From contig JAFTLZ010000102.1 of assembly GCA_017452665.1 (NCBI GenBank), forward strand, positions 1 to 52,246: a stretch of 52,246 nucleotides of DNA. Direction: 5' to 3'. The notes beneath the pieces are model-generated. The model searched no databases, had not been told where the DNA came from, and worked only from the letters and a program-made list of their open reading frames with translations. This DNA is from Clostridia bacterium. Lineage in GTDB: Bacteria; Bacillota; Clostridia; Oscillospirales; CAG-272. Position numbers and translations under genes: made by a program. Shown here piece after piece: positions 9,018-19,379 of the stretch (position 1 is its first letter; each line of letters begins with the position of its first letter).

Positions 9018-11636
9018 ATGGAGACGAAAACTTATGAGATCGTAGACAGCGTGGAAAAGCTGGAAGAAGCGATTGCACGCACCAGAGCGGCACAGCAGAT
9101 TTTTGCAACCTACACGCAGGAGCAAGTGGATAAAATCTTTCTTGCTGCAGCATCTGCCGCGGATAAGGCCAGAATCTCGCTTGCCAAGCTGGCGGTTGAA
9201 GAGACCGGAATGGGTATTGTAGAAGACAAGGTGATCAAAAATCACTATGCCGCTGAATATATATATAACGCTTACAAAAATACCAAGACCTGCGGCGTTA
9301 TCGAAGAGGATAAGGCGTACGGTATCAAAAAGATCGCAGAGCCGATCGGCGTGATCGCGGCTGTCATTCCGACAACCAACCCCACGTCCACTGCAATTTT
9401 CAAGTGTCTGATCGCATTGAAGACCAGAAACGCGATCATCATCAGCCCTCACCCCCGTGCAAAGAACTCCACCATTGCCGCAGCAAAGCTCGTGCTGGAG
9501 GCGGCAGTTGCAGCGGGCGCTCCCGAGGGGATCATCGATTGGATCGACGTTCCTTCGCTGGATATGACCAACACGGTGATGAAGGAAGCAGATATCATCC
9601 TCGCAACAGGCGGCCCCGGAATGGTTAAGGCGGCATACTCCAGCGGTAAGCCCGCACTCGGCGTTGGAGCAGGTAACACCCCCGCCATCATTGACGATAC
9701 GGCAGATATCCTTCTCGCCGTGAACTCGATCATCCACTCCAAGACTTTTGACAACGGTATGATTTGTGCGTCCGAGCAATCCGTCATTGTTCTGGAAAGC
9801 ATTTACGATGCCGTAAAGGCGGAATTTGCGAACAGAGGATGCTATTTCCTGAATGCTGTGGAGACCGAAAAGGTCAGAAAGACCATCATTATCAACGGTG
9901 CGCTGAATGCAAAGATTGTCGGTCAGAAGGCGGCAAAGATTGCCGAGCTGTCGGGCGTCAGCGTTCCCGCAAATACCAAGATCCTCATCGGTGAGGTTGA
10001 GAGTGTAGAGCTGAGCGAGGAATTTGCACACGAAAAGCTTTCTCCTGTGCTGGCTATGTATAAAGCCAAGACCTTTGCGGAAGCGCTTGACAAGGCAGAC
10101 CGCTTGGTTGCTGACGGCGGATATGGACACACCTCTTCGGTTTATCTCAATGCCGTTACCGAAAAGGAAAAGCTGGATGCCTTTGCTGCACGCATGAAGA
10201 CCTGCCGTATTCTTGTCAATACACCCTCTTCCCACGGCGGTATCGGTGATCTGTATAACTTCAAGCTCGCTCCCTCGCTCACGCTGGGCTGCGGCTCCTG
10301 GGGCGGTAACAGCGTTTCCGAAAACGTGGGTGTCAAGCACCTGCTCAACATCAAAACAGTAGCCGAGAGGAGAGAAAATATGCTTTGGTTCCGCACCCCC
10401 GAAAAGGTTTATATCAAAAAGGGCTGTCTTCCCGTAGCTCTTGACGAGCTGAAGAACGTCAGAGGCGCAAAGAAGGCGTTCATCGTAACCGATACCTTCC
10501 TGTATCAAAACGGCTATACCAAGCCGATTACCGATAAGCTGGATGAAATGGGCATTCAGCACACCACTTTCTTTAACGTACAGCCCGATCCTACGCTTGC
10601 AAACGCAACCGAGGGCGCGGCACAGATGAGCGCGTTCCAGCCCGATACCATCATTGCACTTGGCGGTGGCTCCGCAATGGACGCGGCAAAGATCATGTGG
10701 GTTCTTTACGAGCATCCGGAGGCAGACTTTATGGATATGGCAATGAGATTCATTGATATCCGTAAGAGAGTTTACACCTTCCCGAAGATGGGTGAGAAGG
10801 CATACTTCATTGCCATCCCCACATCTGCAGGTACCGGCTCCGAGGTAACTCCTTTCGCAGTCATTACCGATGAAAAGACCGGCGTAAAATATCCGCTTGC
10901 AGATTACGAGCTGCTTCCCAATATGGCGATCATTGATACCGATTTCCATATGTCCGCTCCCCGCGGTTTGACTGCCGCTTCGGGTATCGACGCAGTTACG
11001 CACGCAGTTGAGGCTTATGCCGCAATGCTTGCAACCGACTACACCGACGGTCTTGCACTCCAGGCACTGAAGAGCATCTTCAAGTATCTGCCCAGAGCAT
11101 ATGACAACGGACAAACCGACGTAGAAGCACGTGAAAAGATGGCAAATGCCGCAACCATGGCAGGTATGGCATTCGCAAACGCATTCCTCGGCGTCTGCCA
11201 CTCGATGGCGCACAAGCTGGGCGCATTCCACCACCTGCCGCACGGCGTGGCAAACGCGCTGATGATCGAGGAGGTCCTGCGCTTCAATGCATCCGAGACT
11301 CCCGTTAAGATGGGAACCTTCTCGCAGTACGATCACCCGCATACTCTTGCACGCTATGCAGAAATTGCAGACTACCTGGGACTTGGCGGCAAGAATGACG
11401 AAGAAAAGCTGGAAAACCTCATCAAGGCAATCAACGATCTCAAGGCTCGCGTTGGTATCAAGGCGACCATCAAGGATTACGGCATTGACGAAAAGGACTT
11501 CCTTGCCCGTCTTGACGATATGGTTGAGCAGGCATTTGACGACCAGTGCACCGGTGCCAACCCCAGATATCCTCTTATGAGCGAGATCAAGCAGATGTAT
11601 CTCAATGCTTACTACGGCAAGCACGAACAAGTATAA
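9018..11636 (+). CDS. adhE: Bifunctional acetaldehyde-CoA/alcohol dehydrogenase
   Basis: 872 aa. N-terminal aldehyde dehydrogenase domain (active-site region MICASEQS) fused to an iron-type alcohol dehydrogenase (GGGSAMDAAK, HSMAHKLG). GGAGG RBS. Confidence 0.95.
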   Translation: METKTYEIVDSVEKLEEAIARTRAAQQIFATYTQEQVDKIFLAAASAADKARISLAKLAVEETGMGIVEDKVIKNHYAAEYIYNAYKNTKTCGVIEEDKAYGIKKIAEPIGVIAAVIPTTNPTSTAIFKCLIALKTRNAIIISPHPRAKNSTIAAAKLVLEAAVAAGAPEGIIDWIDVPSLDMTNTVMKEADIILATGGPGMVKAAYSSGKPALGVGAGNTPAIIDDTADILLAVNSIIHSKTFDNGMICASEQSVIVLESIYDAVKAEFANRGCYFLNAVETEKVRKTIIINGALNAKIVGQKAAKIAELSGVSVPANTKILIGEVESVELSEEFAHEKLSPVLAMYKAKTFAEALDKADRLVADGGYGHTSSVYLNAVTEKEKLDAFAARMKTCRILVNTPSSHGGIGDLYNFKLAPSLTLGCGSWGGNSVSENVGVKHLLNIKTVAERRENMLWFRTPEKVYIKKGCLPVALDELKNVRGAKKAFIVTDTFLYQNGYTKPITDKLDEMGIQHTTFFNVQPDPTLANATEGAAQMSAFQPDTIIALGGGSAMDAAKIMWVLYEHPEADFMDMAMRFIDIRKRVYTFPKMGEKAYFIAIPTSAGTGSEVTPFAVITDEKTGVKYPLADYELLPNMAIIDTDFHMSAPRGLTAASGIDAVTHAVEAYAAMLATDYTDGLALQALKSIFKYLPRAYDNGQTDVEAREKMANAATMAGMAFANAFLGVCHSMAHKLGAFHHLPHGVANALMIEEVLRFNASETPVKMGTFSQYDHPHTLARYAEIADYLGLGGKNDEEKLENLIKAINDLKARVGIKATIKDYGIDEKDFLARLDDMVEQAFDDQCTGANPRYPLMSEIKQMYLNAYYGKHEQV

Positions 11637-11653
11637 TCAGGAGGTGACGAATT

Positions 11654-12403
11654 ATGAAACTGGATCGAGTGATTGCAGTCAGAAACAACAAAACCGTTTA
11701 CCGCGACGGAGATAAGTGCATTAAGGTATTCAATTCGGAATATTCCAAGGCAGACGTCCTCAACGAGGCGCTCAATCAGGCAAGAATTGAGGAAACGGGA
11801 TTGAACATTCCCAAAATTCTGGAAGTTACTATGATCGACGGCAAATGGGCGATTGTCTCCGAATTCATCAAGGGAAAAACCTTGGCACAGCTGATGGAGG
11901 AGAATCCCGAGCGCAAGGACGAATATATCAACCTTTTAGTGGATCTGCAGATGAGCGTTCATGCAAAAAAATGCCCCTTGCTTGGCAAGCTGAAGGACAA
12001 GATGAACCGCAAGATCGCAGAGACCAAGCTGGACGCTACCACCCGTTACGACCTGCATACCCGTCTTGAGGGAATGCCCAAGCACAACAAGGTCTGCCAC
12101 GGAGATTTCAACCCCTCCAATATCATCATCAGCGAAGACGGAACGCCGTATATTTTGGACTGGTCGCACGCAACGCAGGGCAATGCTTCTGCAGACGTGG
12201 CAAGAACCTATCTGCTGTTCTGGCTGAACGGGGATATCGAGGGTGCCAAGACCTATCTGAATCAATTCTGCACCAAGAGCGATACCGCAAAGCAGTACGT
12301 ACAAAAGTGGATGCCCATTGTAGCAGCATCGCAATCGGTCAAGGGCAACGAAAAAGAACGCGAGTTCCTCATGTCCTGGGTCAACGTTGTAGATTACGAA
12401 TAA
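11654..12403 (+). CDS. Phosphotransferase-family (APH/choline-kinase-like) protein
   Basis: HGDFNPSNIII catalytic loop and ILDWSHA motif. AGGAGG RBS. It lies 18 nt after adhE. Confidence 0.8.
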   Translation: MKLDRVIAVRNNKTVYRDGDKCIKVFNSEYSKADVLNEALNQARIEETGLNIPKILEVTMIDGKWAIVSEFIKGKTLAQLMEENPERKDEYINLLVDLQMSVHAKKCPLLGKLKDKMNRKIAETKLDATTRYDLHTRLEGMPKHNKVCHGDFNPSNIIISEDGTPYILDWSHATQGNASADVARTYLLFWLNGDIEGAKTYLNQFCTKSDTAKQYVQKWMPIVAASQSVKGNEKEREFLMSWVNVVDYE

Positions 12404-12427
12404 TAGAATTCTTGAATGTTAAAACGA

Positions 12428-12459
12428 GTAGGAGCAAACTCAAGGGAGTCTGCTCCTAC
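12428..12459. terminator. Hairpin between convergent genes
   Basis: GTAGGAGCA (12428-12436) pairs with TGCTCCTAC (12451-12459). Confidence 0.5.
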
Positions 12460-12465
12460 ATGCTT

Positions 12466-13017
12466 TTAGATATTTTTCATCGTATCCTGCTGTGCCAGAT
12501 AATAGCGTTGCTTGATAAAGTAGAGTAGGGCGGCAGCGTCAACCAGCATCAGCAACACGTATATCAACGCTTCGCTGTTGAAACCCATTCCCGCAGTGCT
12601 GTTTGCCACCGCATATTCGTCATCTCCGCAAACCATCACAACCGATGTTACGCGGTCGTAATTGTACCCGTCCTGCCACTCCTTGTACAGCTCGTATTTG
12701 GTGCGCGCCGGCATGGTAAAGCCGGGGAGAACCAGCTCCGTTTCCTGCTTTCCGTCGCTTACCGTGACCAGAAGCGCATCTACCGTCAGGGGGATCTCTC
12801 CAACGTTGCTCACAATGCCGGTCAACTGGCAGGAATAGTCCTGCGAGCCTTTTTGTATCAGAGCGGAGGAGACCGTTATTTGCTCTTTCACTTCAAAGCC
12901 GAGCGTGTCGTCCGATGTAACCAAGCTGATAATCAACAAAACGGAAAGAGCAATCTCCAACACTGCAAACAGAAGAATCAGCAAATTGGTTCCGATGTGG
13001 GTTATCAGATGTTTCAT
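12466..13017 (-). CDS. Hypothetical membrane-anchored protein
   Basis: 183 aa with an N-terminal and a C-terminal TM helix. GAGGAA RBS before the ATG at 13017. Confidence 0.65.
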   Translation of the reverse strand: MKHLITHIGTNLLILLFAVLEIALSVLLIISLVTSDDTLGFEVKEQITVSSALIQKGSQDYSCQLTGIVSNVGEIPLTVDALLVTVSDGKQETELVLPGFTMPARTKYELYKEWQDGYNYDRVTSVVMVCGDDEYAVANSTAGMGFNSEALIYVLLMLVDAAALLYFIKQRYYLAQQDTMKNI

Positions 13018-13031
13018 TTTTATTTCCTCAC

Positions 13032-14153
13032 TTATTTCAACGTCTCGCCGTGCAAAATCACACGGCAAATGTCAAGCTGATCGTTTACCAACAGCAAATT
13101 TGCCCGCTTTCCGGCTTCAATACTGCCAACCGTACGGTCAATTCCCACCATGCGTGCGGGATTAATTGTTGCGCAGGCAACCGCATCTGCAAGACCGATG
13201 CCCGCAAAAGCCATCAGATTTTTTACACCGTCCCACAAATTCAGCGTACTGCCCGAAATTATGCCGTCTAGGGTTAGCGCTCTTCCGTTTTTCACAACGA
13301 CCGGACGTCCCGCAATTGAGTAATTACCGTCTCCGCAGTTTGTTGCCGCCATCGAGTCGGTGATCAGCACCGTACGATCTTTGCCCATACAGCGATAAGC
13401 CAGCCGAACCATGTCGGGGCAGATATGTACGCCATCTACGATCAGCTCTCCGTAGCCTGCACCGTTGAGGCAGACCGAAACCGCACCGCCATCACGGTGG
13501 TGAAGGGGAGGCATTGCGTTGAAAAGATGGGTAAAGGAGGTCACACCGTTCTGTACGGCAATGCGTGCTTCTTCTGCCGTAGCGCAGGTGTGTCCCAATC
13601 CCAGCGTTGCGCCGTATTCCAAAGCCTTTGCGGCAAAGCTCCCGTCGCGATCCAACTCAGCCGCCACAGTTACATGACAGGGAACGTGAATTTCTTTCAG
13701 CACAGTTTCCAGATCCGAGGCATCCGCTGCTGTCAAAAGTTCCATCGCGTGCGCACCGCGCTTGCCGGGATTGAGATAGCGTCCCTCCAGATGGATTCCG
13801 TCATAGCCGCAGGCTTCAATCGCGCGGATCGATTTCAACCATTGCTCCTGCGTTGCTGATGCCAGCGTAGCAAACACAGAGGTTACTCCGTGTCGTGCAT
13901 AATCCTCCTTCATCGCCAACATTTGCTCCTGCGAGGCTTCGTCAAAATCAAATCCGATGCGCCCATGGGTGTGTACGTCCACCAATCCGGGCAGTACTGT
14001 CATGCCCGTAATATCTACCGTCTCGTCTGCATCGTAACGGGTACATTCTGCACCCGTGGCAAGAATCTGCCCCCCATCCAATAAAATCGAGTCATTCTCT
14101 GTAAAAGAACCGTCCGCGTGCCATACGCGCCCGCCAATCAATAATTGTTTCAT
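13032..14153 (-). CDS. nagA: N-acetylglucosamine-6-phosphate deacetylase
   Basis: Amidohydrolase signature LVDVHTHG, and NagA-like length and sequence. AAGGAGG RBS before the ATG at 14153. Confidence 0.9.
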   Translation of the reverse strand: MKQLLIGGRVWHADGSFTENDSILLDGGQILATGAECTRYDADETVDITGMTVLPGLVDVHTHGRIGFDFDEASQEQMLAMKEDYARHGVTSVFATLASATQEQWLKSIRAIEACGYDGIHLEGRYLNPGKRGAHAMELLTAADASDLETVLKEIHVPCHVTVAAELDRDGSFAAKALEYGATLGLGHTCATAEEARIAVQNGVTSFTHLFNAMPPLHHRDGGAVSVCLNGAGYGELIVDGVHICPDMVRLAYRCMGKDRTVLITDSMAATNCGDGNYSIAGRPVVVKNGRALTLDGIISGSTLNLWDGVKNLMAFAGIGLADAVACATINPARMVGIDRTVGSIEAGKRANLLLVNDQLDICRVILHGETLK

Positions 14154-14299
14154 GTTTTTGCCTCCTTGTTGTTTTTCATTACATACATTATAGCATATTT
14201 TTTTTGGCTCTGCAATAGTTAACCCAAACTTTTTATTTGTTTTTTCGCAATATCGTTTGATCCGATCGGGCAATCACCGCGATAATTTTGTAAAAAGTA

Positions 14300-14328
14300 T
14301 TGCAAAAAGGAAAAAAAGGTGCTATAAT
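14300..14328 (+). promoter_or_regulatory. Sigma-A promoter of the large lipoprotein gene
   Basis: TTGCAA (14300-14305), 17-nt spacer, TGCTATAAT (TATAAT at 14323-14328). Confidence 0.5.
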
Positions 14329-14386
14329 GATCCTGACAACTTATTCCCGCGTAACAAAATCACTTTGTGACGAAGAAAGGAAGAAT

Positions 14387-17300
14387 ATGATGAAGCTTTT
14401 TAATCGCTGTTTATTAACCGCACTTGCACTTTTGATGATCTTTTCACTTTGTGCGTGCGACCTGCTGGAGTCTCTCAATGGCAGCTCCGGAACTAAGGAT
14501 TCCTCCGATGATTCCACGGGAAGCGAATCCGATTCGGATTCCACCTCCGGAGACCTCACCCCGGAGCCGGAAGAGGATTCCTCAACCGGTGATGAGATCG
14601 ATAGCGGAATCGGCGGTACCGAAAACGGAAGCACCGAAAACGGTACGGCTGGCGGAACGGTGACGGCTACTCCCGGCGGAGAGAATAGCGCACCGCCGAT
14701 TGAAGACACCGTCGGAAGCGACAAAACCGATCCGGTGCCGACTCCCGATCCCGAACCGGGTACGGAAACCGGCTCCAAGCAAGAAGAAACGAAGGTACCG
14801 AATCCCGATCCGAAGCCGGACGATGATACCACTGCAGAAGAGCATCCCGGTACCGATCCCGGTAGTGATTCGTCGTCTAACGAGGATGCTACCACTGCGG
14901 TCCCTGATCCGGAGCCTTCACCCAACCCCGGAACGGATACAGAGACCGATTCCGGTAAGGATACGGAGACTACTGAACCCGAACCGCTACCCGATCCGGA
15001 ACCCACAACGATGGAAGTTATCTTTTCTTATGCCAATCCGATGGGAGAATCTGGCAAGGAGTTGGTAACGGTTGAATCCACTTCCATGCCTTTGGCAGAG
15101 CTGGTTGACAAATACATTTCCAAATACATGGGTGGTATGGACTATGCCACCAGTCTGAACTACTGTAAGTGGTACGTGGACGATACTCCCGCAACTGCCG
15201 CGACCGTTATTTATAACGGCCAGATCGTGCACTGCGAGGTTGTGAGCATTCCCAGTGGCGGAGGCTCCGACGTTGAGCAGACAACGATGGAAGTTATCTT
15301 TTCTTATGCCAACCCGATGGGAGAATCCGGCAAGGAGTTGGTAACGGTTGACGCTGTTTCCATGTCCTTGGCAGAGCTGGTTGATAAGTACATTTCCAAA
15401 TACATGGGTGGTATGGACTATGCCACCAGTCTGAACTACTGTAAGTGGTACGTGGACGGTACTCCCGCAACTGCCGCGACCGTTATTTATAACGGCCAGG
15501 TCGTGCACTGCGAGGTTGTGAGCATTCCCAGTGGCGGAGGCTCTGACGTTGAACAGGAAACGATTGAAATCTACTACACTGCTAAAAATAGCTTTGCAGG
15601 CATCAACGAAAGTGGATCCGTAACGGTTCCCGCACCTTCCATTACGCTGGAAGCGCTGGTGAATGGATATTTGTCGGAATTTCTTGGCATGGATTACACC
15701 TCCAGCTTGAACTACTGCACGTGGACGGTTGACGGCGCACTTGCTGATGCAGATACCGAGATCACCGCGGGACAAACGGTGTACTGTGAGATTATTGCAC
15801 TGCCCGGTGGCAATGTTGAGGTCAACCCCGATCCCGGTTCGACAACCGTTTCGGTCAATATTTCCTCGGATACCAATGAGCTGTACAGCGATGTTACTAT
15901 GAACGAGGAATCTGTCCCGCTTTCGCAAGTTGTCGATCAGTACGTCTATGTGATGCTGAAGTATACTTATGAAGAATCCTTAAAGCTTGGCGTCTGGTAC
16001 ATCAATGGGGACTCTGCCAATGCCGATGACGTGGTGGTGCCCGGAGATAAGGTTGTATTTGAAGTTGCATTGAGCCGTGAGGATTGTGTACACTCTTGGA
16101 GTGCAGGCTTTTGCGCGCTGTGCGGATACACCTGCCCGCACGAGACCTTTACAAATGGTGTTTGTGACCTTTGCGGCTCTATCATGAATCAGGTGGAATT
16201 CCCCGACGGTTTTGCAATTACGATCACGTTGGAATCCGACGCGTTCGGCTCCGCCGTTGTGGGCTACCCCATGGGAACCACGGTAGGGGAAGTTCTTTCC
16301 ATGACCTGGGGCGTTACGGTAGAAGATCTGATTGCCAAGAGCTTTTGCGTAATCATCGGAGACCGAGAAATTACAAGCTCCGACGAGACACTGTACGAAA
16401 GCTGCACGATCGCAGTGATCTTCCGGGAATCGGCAGAAGATCAGCCCAGCGAACTTGTCAGCTATGTAATTGATTATTACGGCAAGACCTTTGATATGAG
16501 CGAGCCGATCTCTTTGCGTGATTTTGTTGGAAACGTGCTGGGGCAAAACTATGACGATTCCGTTTTGAACGGCTATTGGATGGTTGACGGCGGTTCCGTT
16601 GACGAAAGTTATATCTTTGGCTATAGCTGTTACGTGACCTATGAGGAGTATCCCGCCCCTGTATGTGAGCATTCCTGGCAATCGGGCTATTGTACGCTGT
16701 GCAACATGCCTTGCCCTGAGGATCACAACGCGCTTGGCGGCTTGATCTGCCCGATTTGTAATTTCAGTACCAATGGCGGAGAGCTGAATCACTTTTCCGT
16801 TACGGTTTATATGGACGGAAATTATTACACCACTCTCAATTATTCTCTCGTCTTTGGAGATTACGTGACCTTGGATACTGTGTTGCAGGGGGCACTGTAT
16901 GAGAGCGGTAGTATCCTGCTGGAGAAGTATACTGTTGCGGTAGACGGAACCGAAACAACCAACCTTTTGTATGAAATTTCCTACAATGCACAGGTATTCT
17001 TGACGGCCGCTCCGATGATGACAACATACAATATTCTGTATGAAAACAACGGCGGGATTTATATGATTACGGAGCCCACCACGGTAAGAGTCTTTTTAGA
17101 CTGTTATCTGTCCATCAGCTACGACGAGATGGTTGCGAACGGTTATTTTACCGTGGACGGTTTACATGTTGACGGTGAATATATGCTGATGGGTAATTAC
17201 ACACTGGCATATGTGGAGACGATTAAGCTCGAATGTGAGCACAACTGGGATTCCTACACCGGAACCTGCCACCATTGTGGTGAGGCTTGCCCCGAAGATC

Positions 17301-18130
17301 ACAAAGCGCTTCCGTTTGGAGACGCTTGCTCGAATTGCGAGTACGTGATCAACGGCGGTCAGTATTTTATTCTGTATTTCACACTTTCCGAAGCCGACAG
17401 ACAGCTGGTTGAAGTTGGAAATGATCCGGAACCGTATTGTACCACCAATACCAAAATGACGGTTGCCGATCTGATCAGCGAATGTAAGATCTCCATGGAT
17501 AATGCTGTTCTTGAAATCAACGGAACTTACATTTCTTCGGCAGACGATGCTACTTTGCTGTATCGGTTACTGCGTTCCTACGGCGCTCATGAGATCACCA
17601 TTCATATTCGCAAGGTTGATTTTGAGGTTGCCATCTACGATCTTTACGGCGAGAGCAGCTATTGCGGCTTTGATACGATTTTGACCTTCCCCATTTATGC
17701 AAGCGGGATCGATGTTGCTGCCCGCTTGGAAATTGATCCCAATTACTACACCTGGTTGCTTTACACGTACGACGAATCCACCGGCGAGAAGACGGTCGAG
17801 ATATTGCCGAGCCAAGTATTCGATTCTCACGGCGGAGATTGGGATAAGTACACCTCAACGGCAGAGTATTGTCTGATTTTGATGCCAAACGAATTCATGG
17901 TAACCACAGTGGTGTATGATCACGAGTATAACCAAATTTTCTACAATGAAACGGTTTTCTCACAGCCGGTTACCGTAGAGGATGTGATGGGAATGCACGG
18001 TTACAAATGGGATGATACGGTTGCATCCGTATTTACCAATCACGATATTCCCACGCTGGGCACATGGATTTCCAAGCGTTGCTTGTTGGAGATCTATCTG
18101 TACGAATCGGTTACAGAAGAAGTGATCTGA
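14387..18130 (+). CDS. Large secreted modular lipoprotein of unknown function
   Basis: Signal peptide with lipobox (LMIFSLCAC). About 180 aa of D/S/T/E/P-rich linker. Then about 12 small repeat domains punctuated by three Cys/His-rich motifs (CxHxW...CxxC...CP...CxxC). Confidence 0.85.
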   Translation: MMKLFNRCLLTALALLMIFSLCACDLLESLNGSSGTKDSSDDSTGSESDSDSTSGDLTPEPEEDSSTGDEIDSGIGGTENGSTENGTAGGTVTATPGGENSAPPIEDTVGSDKTDPVPTPDPEPGTETGSKQEETKVPNPDPKPDDDTTAEEHPGTDPGSDSSSNEDATTAVPDPEPSPNPGTDTETDSGKDTETTEPEPLPDPEPTTMEVIFSYANPMGESGKELVTVESTSMPLAELVDKYISKYMGGMDYATSLNYCKWYVDDTPATAATVIYNGQIVHCEVVSIPSGGGSDVEQTTMEVIFSYANPMGESGKELVTVDAVSMSLAELVDKYISKYMGGMDYATSLNYCKWYVDGTPATAATVIYNGQVVHCEVVSIPSGGGSDVEQETIEIYYTAKNSFAGINESGSVTVPAPSITLEALVNGYLSEFLGMDYTSSLNYCTWTVDGALADADTEITAGQTVYCEIIALPGGNVEVNPDPGSTTVSVNISSDTNELYSDVTMNEESVPLSQVVDQYVYVMLKYTYEESLKLGVWYINGDSANADDVVVPGDKVVFEVALSREDCVHSWSAGFCALCGYTCPHETFTNGVCDLCGSIMNQVEFPDGFAITITLESDAFGSAVVGYPMGTTVGEVLSMTWGVTVEDLIAKSFCVIIGDREITSSDETLYESCTIAVIFRESAEDQPSELVSYVIDYYGKTFDMSEPISLRDFVGNVLGQNYDDSVLNGYWMVDGGSVDESYIFGYSCYVTYEEYPAPVCEHSWQSGYCTLCNMPCPEDHNALGGLICPICNFSTNGGELNHFSVTVYMDGNYYTTLNYSLVFGDYVTLDTVLQGALYESGSILLEKYTVAVDGTETTNLLYEISYNAQVFLTAAPMMTTYNILYENNGGIYMITEPTTVRVFLDCYLSISYDEMVANGYFTVDGLHVDGEYMLMGNYTLAYVETIKLECEHNWDSYTGTCHHCGEACPEDHKALPFGDACSNCEYVINGGQYFILYFTLSEADRQLVEVGNDPEPYCTTNTKMTVADLISECKISMDNAVLEINGTYISSADDATLLYRLLRSYGAHEITIHIRKVDFEVAIYDLYGESSYCGFDTILTFPIYASGIDVAARLEIDPNYYTWLLYTYDESTGEKTVEILPSQVFDSHGGDWDKYTSTAEYCLILMPNEFMVTTVVYDHEYNQIFYNETVFSQPVTVEDVMGMHGYKWDDTVASVFTNHDIPTLGTWISKRCLLEIYLYESVTEEVI
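15005..15556 (+). repeat. Tandem duplication, 2 x 276 bp, in frame within the lipoprotein gene
   Basis: ACAACGATGGAAGTT starts both units (15005 and 15281). The encoded 92-aa units differ at 6 residues. Confidence 0.9.
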
Positions 18131-18143
18131 TAAAAAACAATGA

Positions 18144-18191
18144 AAAAGCACTTATGACACACGGGTTGACTCGTATATCATAAGTGCTTTT
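18144..18191. terminator. Bidirectional terminator hairpin
   Basis: AAAAGCACTTATGA (18144-18157) pairs with TCATAAGTGCTTTT (18178-18191). It sits between convergent genes. Confidence 0.65.
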
Positions 18192-18197
18192 GTATAG

Positions 18198-18734
18198 TTA
18201 TGGCTTGATGCGAAGCCGATTGCGCAGCTTCACAAAATAAAACGTGATCAGCCGTGTCAGGCAAACGTCGTACAAAATAAAGCAAACAAGGCTCATTACA
18301 TACAACAGCAACAGCATCGGCAGGGTTTCGGCGCCCTCCAGCGCCGTGGGGAGAAAGAGCTTCATGATCAAATAAATTACACCGAGGCAAATATGAAATA
18401 CCACAAGCTTGAGGATCCAGGAGGGAACACGCGGGAGCTTTTCCATTTTCGCCTTTAAAATCGGATAAAATCCCGTCAGCAACGCATAAAACAGCACCGG
18501 AGTTTTCATCGGCAATAGCAAAAATGCAACCACCGATGTGACCAACCAGATCATCCAAGGGTAAATTCCGCCAATCTCGATCACGGCATAAACGCAAAAA
18601 AGGGAAGCAATCACAGCAACGCTGATGTCAACCGTTTCGATCAGGGCGCCGAGCGCCAGAACGATGACACTCACGGCACATAGCATGGCACTGACAGTCA
18701 GATATTTGATCTGCGTACTTGAGCTTTTTGGCAT
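18198..18734 (-). CDS. Hypothetical polytopic membrane protein
   Basis: 178 aa with 5-6 predicted TM helices and no recognised motif. Confidence 0.7.
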   Translation of the reverse strand: MPKSSSTQIKYLTVSAMLCAVSVIVLALGALIETVDISVAVIASLFCVYAVIEIGGIYPWMIWLVTSVVAFLLLPMKTPVLFYALLTGFYPILKAKMEKLPRVPSWILKLVVFHICLGVIYLIMKLFLPTALEGAETLPMLLLLYVMSLVCFILYDVCLTRLITFYFVKLRNRLRIKP

Positions 18735-18755
18735 AGCAAACGTCCTTTCGCAATG

Positions 18756-19379
18756 TCAGCAACAACGAATCAAGTCGCCGCCCATCATTTCACAGCAACA
18801 ATCGGCGCAAGCCAACTTCAGGCAGCAATCGCAGGTTTGGTCAGAGCTGGAGGTTGTGCGGTAGCCGGAGCCGTAATTTGCGGTTTGCGCATGGAGCTGA
18901 TCCCGCGCCGCACGGTATTCGGTGTTGTAGGGATCCATGCTGCAGGCGCGGTCAAACATTTTTTGTGCGTCCACAAAATATCCGCGCTTGTAGACCACAC
19001 ATCCCATCAAAAAGTACCATTCCGCATTCTGCATCGTTGGCTCCATTCCGCGCAAAATCTGCTCGGCGCGCATAATTTCGTTGGCGTTGATCAAGCGGCG
19101 CACCTCTGCAAAGCGCGCGTCGGAGCTACCGTTCGTACGGGGATTTCCGTTGTAGGCGTTCCCGCCGGCGTTCGAGGATTTATTCCCCCCCGCCCGCAGT
19201 TTCTGAATTTCTTCATATGCGGCGTTGATCTCCTTCATTTTTTCGCTGGCAAGATCGGCAAGATCGCTGTCGCGGTATTTATCCGGATGATATTTTCGCG
19301 CCAGATTGCGGTAAGCTTTTTTTACTTCTTCATCGGTGGCGTTAGGGGAGACCCCAAGGACCTCATAAGGATTTTTCAT
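18756..19379 (-). CDS. J-domain protein with Cys-rich C-terminal tail
   Basis: [10 protein letters not shown]...[16 protein letters not shown]-domain. C-terminus [25 protein letters not shown]. Confidence 0.85.
   Translation of the reverse strand: MKNPYEVLGVSPNATDEEVKKAYRNLARKYHPDKYRDSDLADLASEKMKEINAAYEEIQKLRAGGNKSSNAGGNAYNGNPRTNGSSDARFAEVRRLINANEIMRAEQILRGMEPTMQNAEWYFLMGCVVYKRGYFVDAQKMFDRACSMDPYNTEYRAARDQLHAQTANYGSGYRTTSSSDQTCDCCLKLACADCCCEMMGGDLIRCC

Noticed and set aside
8979-11630. Very long antisense ORFs. These include 883 aa opposite adhE, 370 aa opposite asd (35112-36224), 368 aa opposite the THUMP methyltransferase (33820-34926) and 510 aa opposite the capsid region (48359-49891). 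Others lie at 23477-24400, 27603-28499, 32209-33066, 14987-15928 and 15980-16792.
   Set aside because: Each lies opposite a gene with strong motif-level identity. They have low-complexity, Arg/Cys/Gly-rich composition typical of shadow ORFs in GC-rich coding DNA, and none has an RBS.
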